Assembly (NCBI GenBank): GCA_903891505.1
Contig: CAITEO010000060.1
Span: 1 to 38,816 of the forward strand
Reading direction: 5' to 3'
DNA length: 38,816 nt
Source of the DNA: an uncultured Candidatus Woesearchaeota archaeon
GTDB taxonomy: Archaea > Nanobdellota > Nanobdellia > Woesearchaeales > 21-14-0-10-32-9
Of the stretch, positions 14,419 through 24,022 are shown in pieces (positions within the stretch are counted from its first letter, which is position 1; every line of letters begins with the position of its first letter). Under the pieces are notes generated by a model. The model was given only the letters and a program-made list of their open reading frames with translations. It was not told where the DNA came from and searched no databases. The position numbers and the translations under genes are program-made.

Positions 14419-17211
14419 TTACTTTTTCTTTGGTTTCTTGCTGCTTGCAACAACAACTTTCGTTTTGACTTCGGTCTTGGCGCTAGATTTGTCCTCTTTC
14501 TTGCTATCGTTCTTATCGTTTGCAAGAGTAGTCGCAGCGTTCGTTGCGCCGTTTGTCGTCTTTGTTCCTGCAAGTTCACATCCATGTGCATACTTTATTG
14601 CTGCTTGCGCAGCGGCTAATCTTGCAATTGGTACTCTGAATGGAGAGCACGAAACATAGTTCAATCCAACCATGTGGCAGAACTCTATTGAAGAAGGGTC
14701 TCCTCCATGCTCGCCACAGATTCCTAGTTTAATATTAGGTCTTGTTGCTCTTCCTTTTTCAACAGCCATCTTGATTAATTGACCGACTCCGTTTCGATCA
14801 AGTACTTGGAATGGATCTTTCTCTATAATTCCTCGCCTTAAGTAATCAGGAACGAATGAACCTACATCGTCTCTTGAAAAACCAAGAGTCATTTGTGTTA
14901 GATCGTTTGTTCCAAAACTGAAGAATTCAGCTTCCTGTGCAATGATATCAGCTGTTAGCGCTGCTCTTGGAATTTCTATCATTGTTCCAATCATGTACTC
15001 TACTTTTGGTTTGTCGCCGAGAACCCTCTTCGCAACAGATAGAACTATGTCTTTCTGATTCTTCAACTCAAGAACTTTACCTACAAGAGGAATCATTATT
15101 TCTGGTTTTACTTTTATTCCTTTTGCCGCAACTTCTTTTGCTGCTTCAAATATTGCTTCTGCTTGCATCTCTGTTATTTCAGGGAACGTAATTCCTAGTC
15201 TACACCCTCTGTGGCCGAGCATCGGATTTACTTCATGCAACTTCTCAGCTTTTTGTTTTAGCGCGATAAGAGGAACCTTCATATCTTTTGCGAGTTCAAT
15301 TATGTCCTTCTCTTCTTTTGGTAAGAACTCATGCAGTGGAGGATCTAGCAATCTTATTGTTACTGGTTTTCCGTCCATAATCTTGAACAGCTCGATGAAA
15401 TCCTGCTTTTGGAATGGCTTGATTTTTGCAAGCGCAACTTTTCGTCCATCAACATCGTTTGCAAGAATCATTTCTCTGACTGCTTTTATTCTCTCTCCTT
15501 CAAAGAACATATGCTCAGTTCTGCAAAGACCAATTCCTTCAGCTCCAAATTTTATTGCTTGCATAGCATCTTTTGGAGTGTCCGCATTCGTTCTGATATT
15601 TAGCACCCTGAATTTGTCTGCAAATTTCATTAATTCTCCAAACGAACCAGAAAGTTCTGGATTTATTGTCGGAACTTGTCCTTCATAAACAAGGCCTGCT
15701 GTTCCATCAAGAGTTATATAATCTCCTTCTTTGAGTTTTACTCCTCCAAGTTCGAGCGTCTTTTCTTTCTCATCTACTTTTGCTTCACCGCAACCTGAAA
15801 CGCAACATCTACCCATTCCACGCGCAACAACTGCTGCGTGTGACGTCATACCGCCTTTCGATGTTAGTATTCCTTGCGCTGCATTCATACCCATCAAATC
15901 TTCTGGGCTAGTATCATTTCTAACAAGAACAACAGTATCTCCTGCTTCTTTCATCTTAATTGCAGAATCATTGCTAAATGCTATTCTACCGACAGCTGCA
16001 CCTGGGGACGCGGGTAATCCTTTTCCTAACACTTTGTGTTTTTTCTTTGCAATTGGATCAAGCTGTTTGTGAAGCAATTGATCAAGCGAATCCGCAGGAA
16101 CTCTTGTAACTGCTGTTTTCTCGTCGATAAGTTTTTCCTTAACCATATCTATTGCCATTTGTACTGCTGCTTGAGCTGTTCTCTTTCCATTTCTTGTTTG
16201 CAACATGTAGAGTTTGCCTTCTTGGATTGTGAACTCCATATCCTGCATATCTTTGTAATGTTGCTCAAGTTTTTTGTAGTAAGAAACTAGTTCATCATAT
16301 ACTTTAGGCATCGTCTTCTTAAGTTCAGAGATTGGCTTTGGTGTTCTAATTCCCGCAACAACATCTTCTCCTTGCGCGTTCATCAAGAACTCGCCGTAGA
16401 ATACATTCTCGCCTGTTGATGGATCTCTTGAGAAACAAACTCCTGTTCCTGAAGTTTCACCCATATTACCAAAGACCATTGCTTGTATGTTAACAGCAGT
16501 TCCCTTAAGTCCTTTTATGTCATTTAATCGTCTGTAATGAATTGCACGATCATTATTCCACGAGCTAAATACTGCTTCGATTGCAAGCATTAATTGCTCT
16601 TTAACGTCTGTTGGGAAATCTTTCTTTGTTACTTTCTTGACAAGCTTTTTGTACTCATCAACTACAGCGTTCAAATCTTTTGCGTCAAGCTCTGTATCAA
16701 ATTTAACCCCCTTCGTATTTTTTCTGTTACCAAGTATTTGTTCGAAGTCATGATGCTCAACACCAAGAACTACATCTCCGAACATCTGAATGAATCGTCT
16801 GTATGAATCCCATGCAAACCTTTCGTTGCCTGTTTTTTTTATTAGTCCTGCAACAACAGCATCATTCAAACCTAAATTTAGAATTGTATCCATCATACCA
16901 GGCATGCTCGCTGCTGCGCCGCTTCTAACTGATAATAGAAGAGGTTTCTCTGCATTTCCAAGTCCTGCGTTCATTGCTTTCTCAAGTCTCACCAAATTGT
17001 CCTCAATTTCAGCAATTACATGCTCAGGAATCTTTTTTCCTAAATCATAATATTCTGCGCACGATTCAGTAGATATTGTGAAACCTGGCGGAACAGGAAT
17101 TCCGAGATTTGCCATCTCAGCAAGGTTAGCTCCTTTGCCACCTAGAATGTCTTTCATGTCTTTTTTGCCTTCAGTCATGTTGCTCCCGAAAAAATACACT
17201 TGTTTTTTCAT
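14419..17211 (-). CDS. ppdK: Pyruvate, phosphate dikinase
   Basis: LGGKGANLAEM, SVRSGA, GGMTSHAAVVARG (phospho-His), GLCRTEHMF, FSFGTNDLTQ, GICGEHGG; low-complexity C-terminal tail. Confidence 0.98.
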   Translation of the reverse strand: MKKQVYFFGSNMTEGKKDMKDILGGKGANLAEMANLGIPVPPGFTISTESCAEYYDLGKKIPEHVIAEIEDNLVRLEKAMNAGLGNAEKPLLLSVRSGAAASMPGMMDTILNLGLNDAVVAGLIKKTGNERFAWDSYRRFIQMFGDVVLGVEHHDFEQILGNRKNTKGVKFDTELDAKDLNAVVDEYKKLVKKVTKKDFPTDVKEQLMLAIEAVFSSWNNDRAIHYRRLNDIKGLKGTAVNIQAMVFGNMGETSGTGVCFSRDPSTGENVFYGEFLMNAQGEDVVAGIRTPKPISELKKTMPKVYDELVSYYKKLEQHYKDMQDMEFTIQEGKLYMLQTRNGKRTAQAAVQMAIDMVKEKLIDEKTAVTRVPADSLDQLLHKQLDPIAKKKHKVLGKGLPASPGAAVGRIAFSNDSAIKMKEAGDTVVLVRNDTSPEDLMGMNAAQGILTSKGGMTSHAAVVARGMGRCCVSGCGEAKVDEKEKTLELGGVKLKEGDYITLDGTAGLVYEGQVPTINPELSGSFGELMKFADKFRVLNIRTNADTPKDAMQAIKFGAEGIGLCRTEHMFFEGERIKAVREMILANDVDGRKVALAKIKPFQKQDFIELFKIMDGKPVTIRLLDPPLHEFLPKEEKDIIELAKDMKVPLIALKQKAEKLHEVNPMLGHRGCRLGITFPEITEMQAEAIFEAAKEVAAKGIKVKPEIMIPLVGKVLELKNQKDIVLSVAKRVLGDKPKVEYMIGTMIEIPRAALTADIIAQEAEFFSFGTNDLTQMTLGFSRDDVGSFVPDYLRRGIIEKDPFQVLDRNGVGQLIKMAVEKGRATRPNIKLGICGEHGGDPSSIEFCHMVGLNYVSCSPFRVPIARLAAAQAAIKYAHGCELAGTKTTNGATNAATTLANDKNDSKKEDKSSAKTEVKTKVVVASSKKPKKK

Positions 17212-17377
17212 TTTATGCCTCCTTGAATAGGATCATTGATGGATAATAAGGGATATTTTTCCATAAATCCCTCGACTTCCACACTTCCTCTCGAATAAAA
17301 TTCGTGGACTCACTTTCAACTTAAAAGCGTTGCGGTGCTCAAAACCTAACATATATAAATAAGAAAAACAATAAAAG

Positions 17378-17461
17378 TTGAGTTTGTCTTCTCGCCACCC
17401 CGAAGGGGCCATCCCCCGTCGAGACGCGCCTTATATTTTTGGCGGCGTACGACAAACTCAA
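17378..17461. repeat. 84-bp structured element with 11-bp terminal inverted repeats
   Basis: TTGAGTTTGTC...GACAAACTCAA enclosing CGCCA/TGGCG, CCCC-GAA-GGGG and CGTC-GA-GACG. Confidence 0.55.
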
Positions 17462-17488
17462 AACAATAAGTTCAATTAGGTGAACCTC

Positions 17489-17875
17489 ATGAAAATTGAA
17501 ATCGATACTAATCTTGATAATGAAGAAGAAATAATGAACGCGATTACACTCGTGCAGCAAACACTTGCAAGGCGAAAAGAGCGAGTGCAAAATGAGAGAA
17601 TGCAAACGACACAAACCGCGCAAGCTCAACAAAACATCAATTCAACACCAAAAATAATCACATCCACACAAACTTCTGTCTCTGAAAAAAAAGAAATGCC
17701 TAAAATAATTCTTGAAGAATACAGTGACATGGACACATTGCGAGCACGTCAAAAAGAAAAAACGGCAGCAAGACTCAACCAAGAAAAAACAGCAAACGAC
17801 AAGATTATAGACAACAAAAAGAACAAGAAAGACGACACTGACGATATTCCTAAAGTCGAGATCGTCGAATATTGA
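17489..17875 (+). CDS. Hypothetical protein
   Basis: ATG 17489 behind AGGTGA; MKIEIDT start, low-complexity body. Confidence 0.65.
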   Translation: MKIEIDTNLDNEEEIMNAITLVQQTLARRKERVQNERMQTTQTAQAQQNINSTPKIITSTQTSVSEKKEMPKIILEEYSDMDTLRARQKEKTAARLNQEKTANDKIIDNKKNKKDDTDDIPKVEIVEY

Positions 17876-17954
17876 AAATATAAATGCAAATAATACTGCT
17901 AAACCTTCTATTTTCGCGAAAACCTTTTAAAAATAGCAGACTTTTCTACTTAAT

Positions 17955-18482
17955 ATGGTGAGTGCAAAACTAAAGCTAAAAGAAAAACAAAATAAAAAAC
18001 TGAATGAAAAGAAAAAAGAAACTCTGAATGTAAAAATAAAGGAGAAGAATAAAGAGTTTGAATTTTTAGATCATACAGCTGACGTAAAATTCAGGGCGTA
18101 TGGCAAAATATTCGAGGAAGCACTCAGAAATGCAGCAAGAGCAACAATCGCAGTTACAACAGACATCACAAAAATAATACCTAAGAAAACAAAAAAAATA
18201 ATTGTTGAAGCAAACACAAAAGAAGCGTTGCTCTATGATTTTCTCGGCGAAATAATATATCTTGTTGACACCGAGGGTTTTTTGACGTGCGACGTCAAGC
18301 AAATCGCAATTACATCAGGCACCAACACAGAAACATACAAGTTTGTTTTGCGCGCAGAACTCATTGGCGATCTTGCAACGAAGTACGACGTGCACACATA
18401 CATCAAGTCAGTAACGTACAACGACATGCTAATTGTTGAGAAGAAAAATAAAGTAATGATCCAAGTCGTACACGATATATAA
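17955..18482 (+). CDS. Archease
   Basis: FEFLDHTAD, IKSVTY, C-terminal DI; near rtcB. Confidence 0.93.
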   Translation: MVSAKLKLKEKQNKKLNEKKKETLNVKIKEKNKEFEFLDHTADVKFRAYGKIFEEALRNAARATIAVTTDITKIIPKKTKKIIVEANTKEALLYDFLGEIIYLVDTEGFLTCDVKQIAITSGTNTETYKFVLRAELIGDLATKYDVHTYIKSVTYNDMLIVEKKNKVMIQVVHDI

Positions 18483-18528
18483 AATCAAGAAATGAATATT
18501 AAAAAAATAAAGAAAATAAACACAAAAT

Positions 18529-18903
18529 TTATCTGACATACTTCTTTATGGACTCAACCAGATATTTTTGGCGCACTATAGGCCCAAGATTTTCGACAGT
18601 GTTATTGAGCTTGAAATTCTTATCATAAATTAATCCAACAACTGGAAGATTTGGCATTTTACTATTCAATGTATCAACAACGGTTTGACTTCTACTATTT
18701 TGATCAATTGTCTCCCCTGCATCAACCAAAGCAACTGCAAAATCTTTGTAATTTGTTTCCGGTACTCTTCTCTTAATATATTGCTCATTTGAAAATGTTA
18801 TTCGCGTACCAGTCTCTTGCTCTAAAAGCGAAACAAGACCGTTCGCCTCTTCCATACCACTAATATACATAGCTAAAAATACTTTCTTTTGTTCCTTAGT
18901 CAT
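18529..18903 (-). CDS. Hypothetical protein, possibly a degenerate receiver (CheY-like) fold
   Basis: GGAGG SD; alternating beta/alpha pattern with AVALVD and LPVVGL. Confidence 0.5.
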   Translation of the reverse strand: MTKEQKKVFLAMYISGMEEANGLVSLLEQETGTRITFSNEQYIKRRVPETNYKDFAVALVDAGETIDQNSRSQTVVDTLNSKMPNLPVVGLIYDKNFKLNNTVENLGPIVRQKYLVESIKKYVR

Positions 18904-19054
18904 AAATCATTCCTCCGAACGAAAGAGAACAACTACTAACTATTTAAACATTTCTCTTAAGTAGTGACACATACATGATTTTTTTGACCTGGATTCTTGC
19001 AGAGTTTTGCATTTCTCCCAAAACATTTTAATAATAAGTAAAAATACTCTCAAT

Positions 19055-20644
19055 ATGACTCTCAAAGAGAAAAAAACAGAAACAAAAATAAAAAAAACAG
19101 AACCAAATAAAGAAAATAGTAAACATAGCAAAATTGAGAACAAAAAACAAGACATCATAGAACTAAAAGAAATTGAAGAAGATTCTCAAAAAATAAAACC
19201 TTATGAAAGAATCATGGTTGAAGTAAAAAAACTCAATAACTATTCTTATCTCGTCGATAAAAAAGATGGAATGAATGTTCCACTCAAGATTTTCGCATCA
19301 GAAAAATTGATGAAAAAAATGCAGGAAGATAATTGCATCCAGCAAGGAATAAACGTCGCGCATCTTCCAGGCATAAAAGGATTCTCCATCATGATGCCTG
19401 ACGCACACCAAGGCTACGGATTTAGCATCGGCGGTGTTGCAGCATTCGACCATAAATGTGGATGCATAAGCCCCGGCGGAATTGGATATGACATCAATTG
19501 CGGAGTTAGACTGCTTGTAACAAACCTCACAAAGGACGATGTAAAAGATAAAATAAAACCTCTTCTTGAATCACTTTTCAAAAATATTCCTCCGGGCGTT
19601 GGAGAAAAATCATTATTCAAACTTAATGAGAAAGAACTAAATGAAGTTTTAAAAATAGGCCCTCGCTGGGCAATAAACAAAGGCTACGGTGAAGAAGAGG
19701 ATCTTGAGAATTGCGAGAGCAATGGCTACCTTGAAGATGCAGACCCAAATAAAGTTAGCCAGAAAGCACGGGGACGCGGACGATCGCAACTAGGAACTCT
19801 CGGTTCTGGAAATCATTTCCTCGAGGTACAATTTGTTGGAGAAATATTCGACAAGAAAACTGCGAAGACATTCGGGATTACAAAAGAAAATCAAGTTGTT
19901 GTATTAATCCATAGTGGATCAAGGGGACTTGGACATCAAGTATGCTCAGATTATCTGAGATTAATGGAGGATGCCGAGCCAGAACTTGTTGCATCACTAA
20001 TAGATAAAAGTTTAATCTACGCGCCAGCTGAGAGCAAACTCGCAAAAGATTATTTTAGTGCAATGTGCGCTGCAGCGAATTTCGCGTGGACAAATAGACA
20101 ATTAATAACATATCAAACGAGAATTTCATTCAAAGAAATATTCGGTGATAAAGTAAAACTAGACGTTGTATATGATGTTGCGCACAACATCGCAAAACTT
20201 GAAGAACACACAATTGAAGGACGAAAAGAAAAAGTTTGGGTGCACAGAAAAGGCGCAACACGAGCCTTCCCCCCTAATCATCCTGAGATACCTGAGAAAT
20301 ATAAAAAAACAGGACAACCAATTTTCATCCCAGGGAGCATGGGAACATCATCATACGTTCTCGTCGGAACAGAGCGAGCAATGCTCGAGAGCTTTGGAAG
20401 CACAGCACATGGTGCTGGACGAATGATGAGCAGGCATGCTGCAATTGAAAAATGGAACGGACAACAATTAAAAGATGAACTCGAGAAAGAAAAAATCTAC
20501 ATACGCGCATCATCAATCAAAGGACTTAGCGAAGAAGCACCACTTGCATACAAAGACGTCGATGAAGTCGTGAAAGTCTCAGATGATGCGGGCATCGGCA
20601 AACTCGTCGCTAAACTAAAACCCATGGGCGTTGTAAAGGGATAA
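19055..20644 (+). CDS. rtcB: tRNA-splicing ligase RtcB
   Basis: MPDAHQGYGF, GYDINCG, GSGNHF, HSGSRG, HNIAK, HRKGAT, HGAGR. Start uncertain (19055 or later). Confidence 0.97.
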   Translation: MTLKEKKTETKIKKTEPNKENSKHSKIENKKQDIIELKEIEEDSQKIKPYERIMVEVKKLNNYSYLVDKKDGMNVPLKIFASEKLMKKMQEDNCIQQGINVAHLPGIKGFSIMMPDAHQGYGFSIGGVAAFDHKCGCISPGGIGYDINCGVRLLVTNLTKDDVKDKIKPLLESLFKNIPPGVGEKSLFKLNEKELNEVLKIGPRWAINKGYGEEEDLENCESNGYLEDADPNKVSQKARGRGRSQLGTLGSGNHFLEVQFVGEIFDKKTAKTFGITKENQVVVLIHSGSRGLGHQVCSDYLRLMEDAEPELVASLIDKSLIYAPAESKLAKDYFSAMCAAANFAWTNRQLITYQTRISFKEIFGDKVKLDVVYDVAHNIAKLEEHTIEGRKEKVWVHRKGATRAFPPNHPEIPEKYKKTGQPIFIPGSMGTSSYVLVGTERAMLESFGSTAHGAGRMMSRHAAIEKWNGQQLKDELEKEKIYIRASSIKGLSEEAPLAYKDVDEVVKVSDDAGIGKLVAKLKPMGVVKG

Positions 20645-20649
20645 AAAAA

Positions 20650-21258
20650 TTACAAATCTATTATCTTTCCTTTAGAACCGACGTTAATGACGAGTGTTCC
20701 TTCGATGTATTCTTCGAGGCCTTCTGCTTCATGCACGTGACTGCAGAGCAATATGTCTGGTTTGAATTCGCGTATCGCATCAGTTACGCCAGTACTTCCA
20801 TGCACAAAATTAGATAATTTTTCCATTTTACTCCCCGCTGGATGCACGTGAGTCATCATAATTTTCTTTCGAACATCATGCAGCCAATCATGACCTTTTT
20901 TTAACGTGTTGAAAATTTCTTTTTCAGATATTCCGTGTATTCCGACATTTGCCGCGCCGCAACCAAATATTCCTATGTCATAATACTTTGTTGAATAACC
21001 ATGCATATGTCTTGCTTTATTCACGTATGCGAGAAACTCAGTTGTCGAGAGACTTTCATGATTTCCAGAAATAATTAACATCTTTATGCCCTTCTCTTTA
21101 AACGGCGCAAGAATATTTTCAACAGTATCATCATCTGCCAAATCGCCGCAAAGCAAAACTAAATCTACTTTTTCTAAGACTGCTCGCTCAGATAATTTCT
21201 TTGCAACAGCAAAATCTCCGTGAAAGTCTCCTGCTCCTAGAATTCTCATTTTTCGCAT
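20650..21258 (-). CDS. Calcineurin-like metallophosphoesterase
   Basis: GDFHG, CGD, GNHE, THVHP, SHVHE. Confidence 0.88.
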   Translation of the reverse strand: MRKMRILGAGDFHGDFAVAKKLSERAVLEKVDLVLLCGDLADDDTVENILAPFKEKGIKMLIISGNHESLSTTEFLAYVNKARHMHGYSTKYYDIGIFGCGAANVGIHGISEKEIFNTLKKGHDWLHDVRKKIMMTHVHPAGSKMEKLSNFVHGSTGVTDAIREFKPDILLCSHVHEAEGLEEYIEGTLVINVGSKGKIIDL

Positions 21259-21278
21259 TCCAACTGGCTCATACAGAG

Positions 21279-21890
21279 TCAGTGTCTTCCTTTAGATCTG
21301 TCCTTTATCTTAACTCTTTCATCATCAAAATGTATGAGTGTAGATGGAGCACCTTTCTTCTCTCCTTCATAAATTATAAAATCAACACCTTCCTTGATAT
21401 GTTCATTTAAGTCATCAACAGATGTCATGAATTCTTCACCAGTAGGATTTGCACTTGTTGCAACAATTGGCACACTAAGTTCTTTTACAAATTCAGTTAT
21501 CCAATGATCAGGAATTCTAACACCAATAGTATCCATACCTTGATTAACATTCTTCGCGATTGCTTTCTTATTCTTCAGCCTTAGTATTACAGTAAAACAA
21601 GTCTTTTTTCCAGATATAACTAATTTCTTTCCAAGAGCCTCAACGTAAGGCTTCTCTTTTTCTTCAACAACACAATTCTTGTAAACCCACTCTTTAGAGG
21701 GCGCGATTATTGAGAACGGCTGAAGATTGCTTTTCTTTAAACTTCTTATCCTAGAAACAGCCGCTTCATTCGTTGCATCACAACCAATCCCATAAATAGA
21801 GTCCGTTGGATAGATAAAGATTTTAGATTTCATGAGCTTCAAATATTTCTTCCTCGAAGCCCCCAGCTCTTCTTTTAAAACAACTTGCAT
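21279..21890 (-). CDS. tsaC: L-threonylcarbamoyladenylate synthase (TsaC/Sua5/YrdC family)
   Basis: IYPTDSIYGIGCDA, GVRIPDH, TSAN, PSTLI. Confidence 0.9.
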   Translation of the reverse strand: MQVVLKEELGASRKKYLKLMKSKIFIYPTDSIYGIGCDATNEAAVSRIRSLKKSNLQPFSIIAPSKEWVYKNCVVEEKEKPYVEALGKKLVISGKKTCFTVILRLKNKKAIAKNVNQGMDTIGVRIPDHWITEFVKELSVPIVATSANPTGEEFMTSVDDLNEHIKEGVDFIIYEGEKKGAPSTLIHFDDERVKIKDRSKGRH

Positions 21891-22058
21891 TTAGAAGTGG
21901 AAGTAAAATCGATTTATATATTTAATGTAAAACAAAAACCTCTCAAGCGTTGACAGAGTTTCTTTGATATTTAGTCGAGAAGTTTTTGAAACAAGAAAAT
22001 TTGCAAATTTTCTATAAAAATTGAACAAATTTTTATAATCATATGACCCTCTTACGAT

Positions 22059-22505
22059 ATGCACGCATACGTTAACGAGAGATTAATACTTTCAGGATGC
22101 CTTGTTCTAAATGACAAAAAAGAAATTCTGCTTTTATTTAGAGAAGATCACTGTCATTATGAAACTCCTGGAGGAAAAGTTAGGCTTTCTGAATGCAAAA
22201 ATCCTGAAAATCCGAGCGTGGACGATTTATCAAAAGCAGCAGAGCGTGAATTATACGAAGAGCTAGGAAATCACATCAACGTTGAAAAACTAAAATACTT
22301 CGACAAAGCAGAATTCACAATTCCTGATGGACGCCTCGCAGTCGCAAACAAATTCTTAACAAGAATAATTTCTGGAACTCCAAAAATAAATGAACCAGAA
22401 CGATTCTCGAAACTTGAGTGGCTCCCTCTTACAACACTTGAAAAATATCCTATTTCTCCAGATCTAAGAATCTTGTTGCCTATGCTAAAAGAATTGGTTA
22501 AATGA
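22059..22505 (+). CDS. NUDIX hydrolase
   Basis: PGGKV...AAERELYEELG Nudix box. Confidence 0.88.
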   Translation: MHAYVNERLILSGCLVLNDKKEILLLFREDHCHYETPGGKVRLSECKNPENPSVDDLSKAAERELYEELGNHINVEKLKYFDKAEFTIPDGRLAVANKFLTRIISGTPKINEPERFSKLEWLPLTTLEKYPISPDLRILLPMLKELVK

Positions 22506-22624
22506 AAAAAGTCCGCCCAAGAAAATCTTAGAGAGCTGCAAGACTCTCTAAGGTTGAGAGCTTCAGCGACCCTGTCGAGCGGAACTTTAATGGGTCATAC
22601 GGGTAATATGAAAACAATCCATAA

Positions 22625-22747
22625 TCATGAATTCTCTTGAAAAAAAGAGGTATTCGAGAGATCTCTTGAATTAACATAGCTCTCGAAGTCCATAAATTCA
22701 ACATAATTAGTTGAATTGCACTCCCATTGAGCGTTATGCATATTCAT
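22625..22747 (-). CDS. Microprotein (40 aa)
   Basis: AGGTGA SD; MNMHNAQWECNSTNYVEFMDFESYVNSRDLSNTSFFQENS; overlaps the upstream small ORF. Confidence 0.4.
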   Translation of the reverse strand: MNMHNAQWECNSTNYVEFMDFESYVNSRDLSNTSFFQENS

Positions 22748-22859
22748 TATCAGTCACCTGGATGAGATAATCCTCCACCCTATCCATGTCTTCATCAAAC
22801 ATGTTCTTCTCTTTGAGTATCGGTATTAGTCTTGCTTCGTAGTTCGGATATATTCGCAT
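22734..22859 (-). CDS. Microprotein (41 aa)
   Basis: GGAGGTGA SD; MRIYPNYEARLIPILKEKNMFDEDMDRVEDYLIQVTDNEYA. Confidence 0.55.
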   Translation of the reverse strand: MRIYPNYEARLIPILKEKNMFDEDMDRVEDYLIQVTDNEYA

Positions 22860-22871
22860 TTTATTCACCTC

Positions 22872-22973
22872 CTAGGCAGCCAGGCTTCCTAGGTTTTTCA
22901 TTGTAAGCTTCCTTGTAAGTTCAAATGTTATGTCTCTTATCATTTCTGTGTCTGTGCATTGTGTGTAGTCCAT
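22872..22973 (-). CDS. Microprotein (33 aa)
   Basis: GGTGA SD; MDYTQCTDTEMIRDITFELTRKLTMKNLGSLAA. Confidence 0.5.
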   Translation of the reverse strand: MDYTQCTDTEMIRDITFELTRKLTMKNLGSLAA

Positions 22974-23231
22974 GTTTGTTCACCGTTCATTTTTTATTGT
23001 CTATCTCTTTGGCCCATCAACCAACGAGCTCGCATCGAATCACTTTGCGTCGCCCTGATTTGTTCTTGGTTTTTGACCAATTGTTTTAAGAAAATGATGA
23101 GGTACTTTGTTTAAATACCCGACGCGAGAGTATGTCCAGTGCATATATGGGTGTGTACAGTGCTAAGCACTGTATCAACATTAATTCATCAAAGAAACAA
23201 ATATTTAAAGCGAAAAGAAAATACACAAAGT

Positions 23232-23564
23232 GTGAGCTTGAAACATATCTTGAAACAAATATTAAAACCAACAAAAGTAAAATTAGTTTTTTTAGTTATT
23301 CTTCTTGCTATTTACTTATTCCTTTTACTCTCAAAGCCTTGTCCTGATAAGATAAGAATATGTGCGCCTAATATTGCAGATAAAAACGTTAATGCGTTGC
23401 AAGGAACGCTTGTTCCATTAACTTGTCAACAAGTTTGTTCGAACAAAGACTACGCGATAAATTTAACTCTTGGAATTCTACTTGTTATAATCATTCCTGC
23501 AATAGTACTCTACATCATACTCTCTTTGCTTTTAGCTGTTGGAAAAGGAAAGAAGAAAAAATGA
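23232..23564 (+). CDS. Small 2-TM membrane protein with Cys-containing loop
   Basis: Likely GTG start 23232 after a TATA box; LKPTKVK then TM, four Cys, TM, basic tail. Confidence 0.6.
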   Translation: MSLKHILKQILKPTKVKLVFLVILLAIYLFLLLSKPCPDKIRICAPNIADKNVNALQGTLVPLTCQQVCSNKDYAINLTLGILLVIIIPAIVLYIILSLLLAVGKGKKKK

Positions 23565-23968
23565 ACGAAATGAAGAAACAAACAGCCGAGAAAAGAAAAG
23601 TTAAACCAAAACGAAAAGTTGGCCTATTCCTTTATTGGACACCAAGAATACTTGCAATAATATTCATACTTTTCCTAATGCTGTTCTCATTGGATGTTTT
23701 TGGAAACGGATATGGTTTCTGGGAGACAATCTTAGGATTACTCATGCATAACATCCCTGCATTTGTTCTAATCGCGGCACTCATAATCTCCTGGAAATAT
23801 GAAATTGTAGGAGGGATTGTTTTCATCCTTGCAGGACTTGCTTACATCCTAACCTTGATACTAAAACCTAACTTCGAATGGTACATGCTCTTATGGTCCC
23901 TAATAATCGCGGGCCCTACATTCCTGGTAGGAATCTTGTTTATCATTGGATGGAAAAAGAAGAAGTAA
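23561..23968 (+). CDS. 4-TM membrane protein
   Basis: ATGA overlap with the upstream gene; WTPRILAI...LDVF...HNIP. Confidence 0.75.
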   Translation: MNEMKKQTAEKRKVKPKRKVGLFLYWTPRILAIIFILFLMLFSLDVFGNGYGFWETILGLLMHNIPAFVLIAALIISWKYEIVGGIVFILAGLAYILTLILKPNFEWYMLLWSLIIAGPTFLVGILFIIGWKKKK

Positions 23969-24022
23969 AGATAAAGGAAACAAAGAAAAGAAATAAAGAG
24001 AAAATAGACAAAAAAGGAGAAA

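Noticed and set aside
14334-17050. Many short ORFs overlapping ppdK (similarly in rtcB and the vWA gene)
   Set aside because: Shadow or alternative-frame ORFs of long, well-supported genes.
23030-23065. GACGCAAAG in the microprotein leader as a c-di-GMP-I riboswitch
   Set aside because: The GNRA-capped stem expected before this motif is missing, and the same 9-mer also occurs by chance in the tRNA intron.
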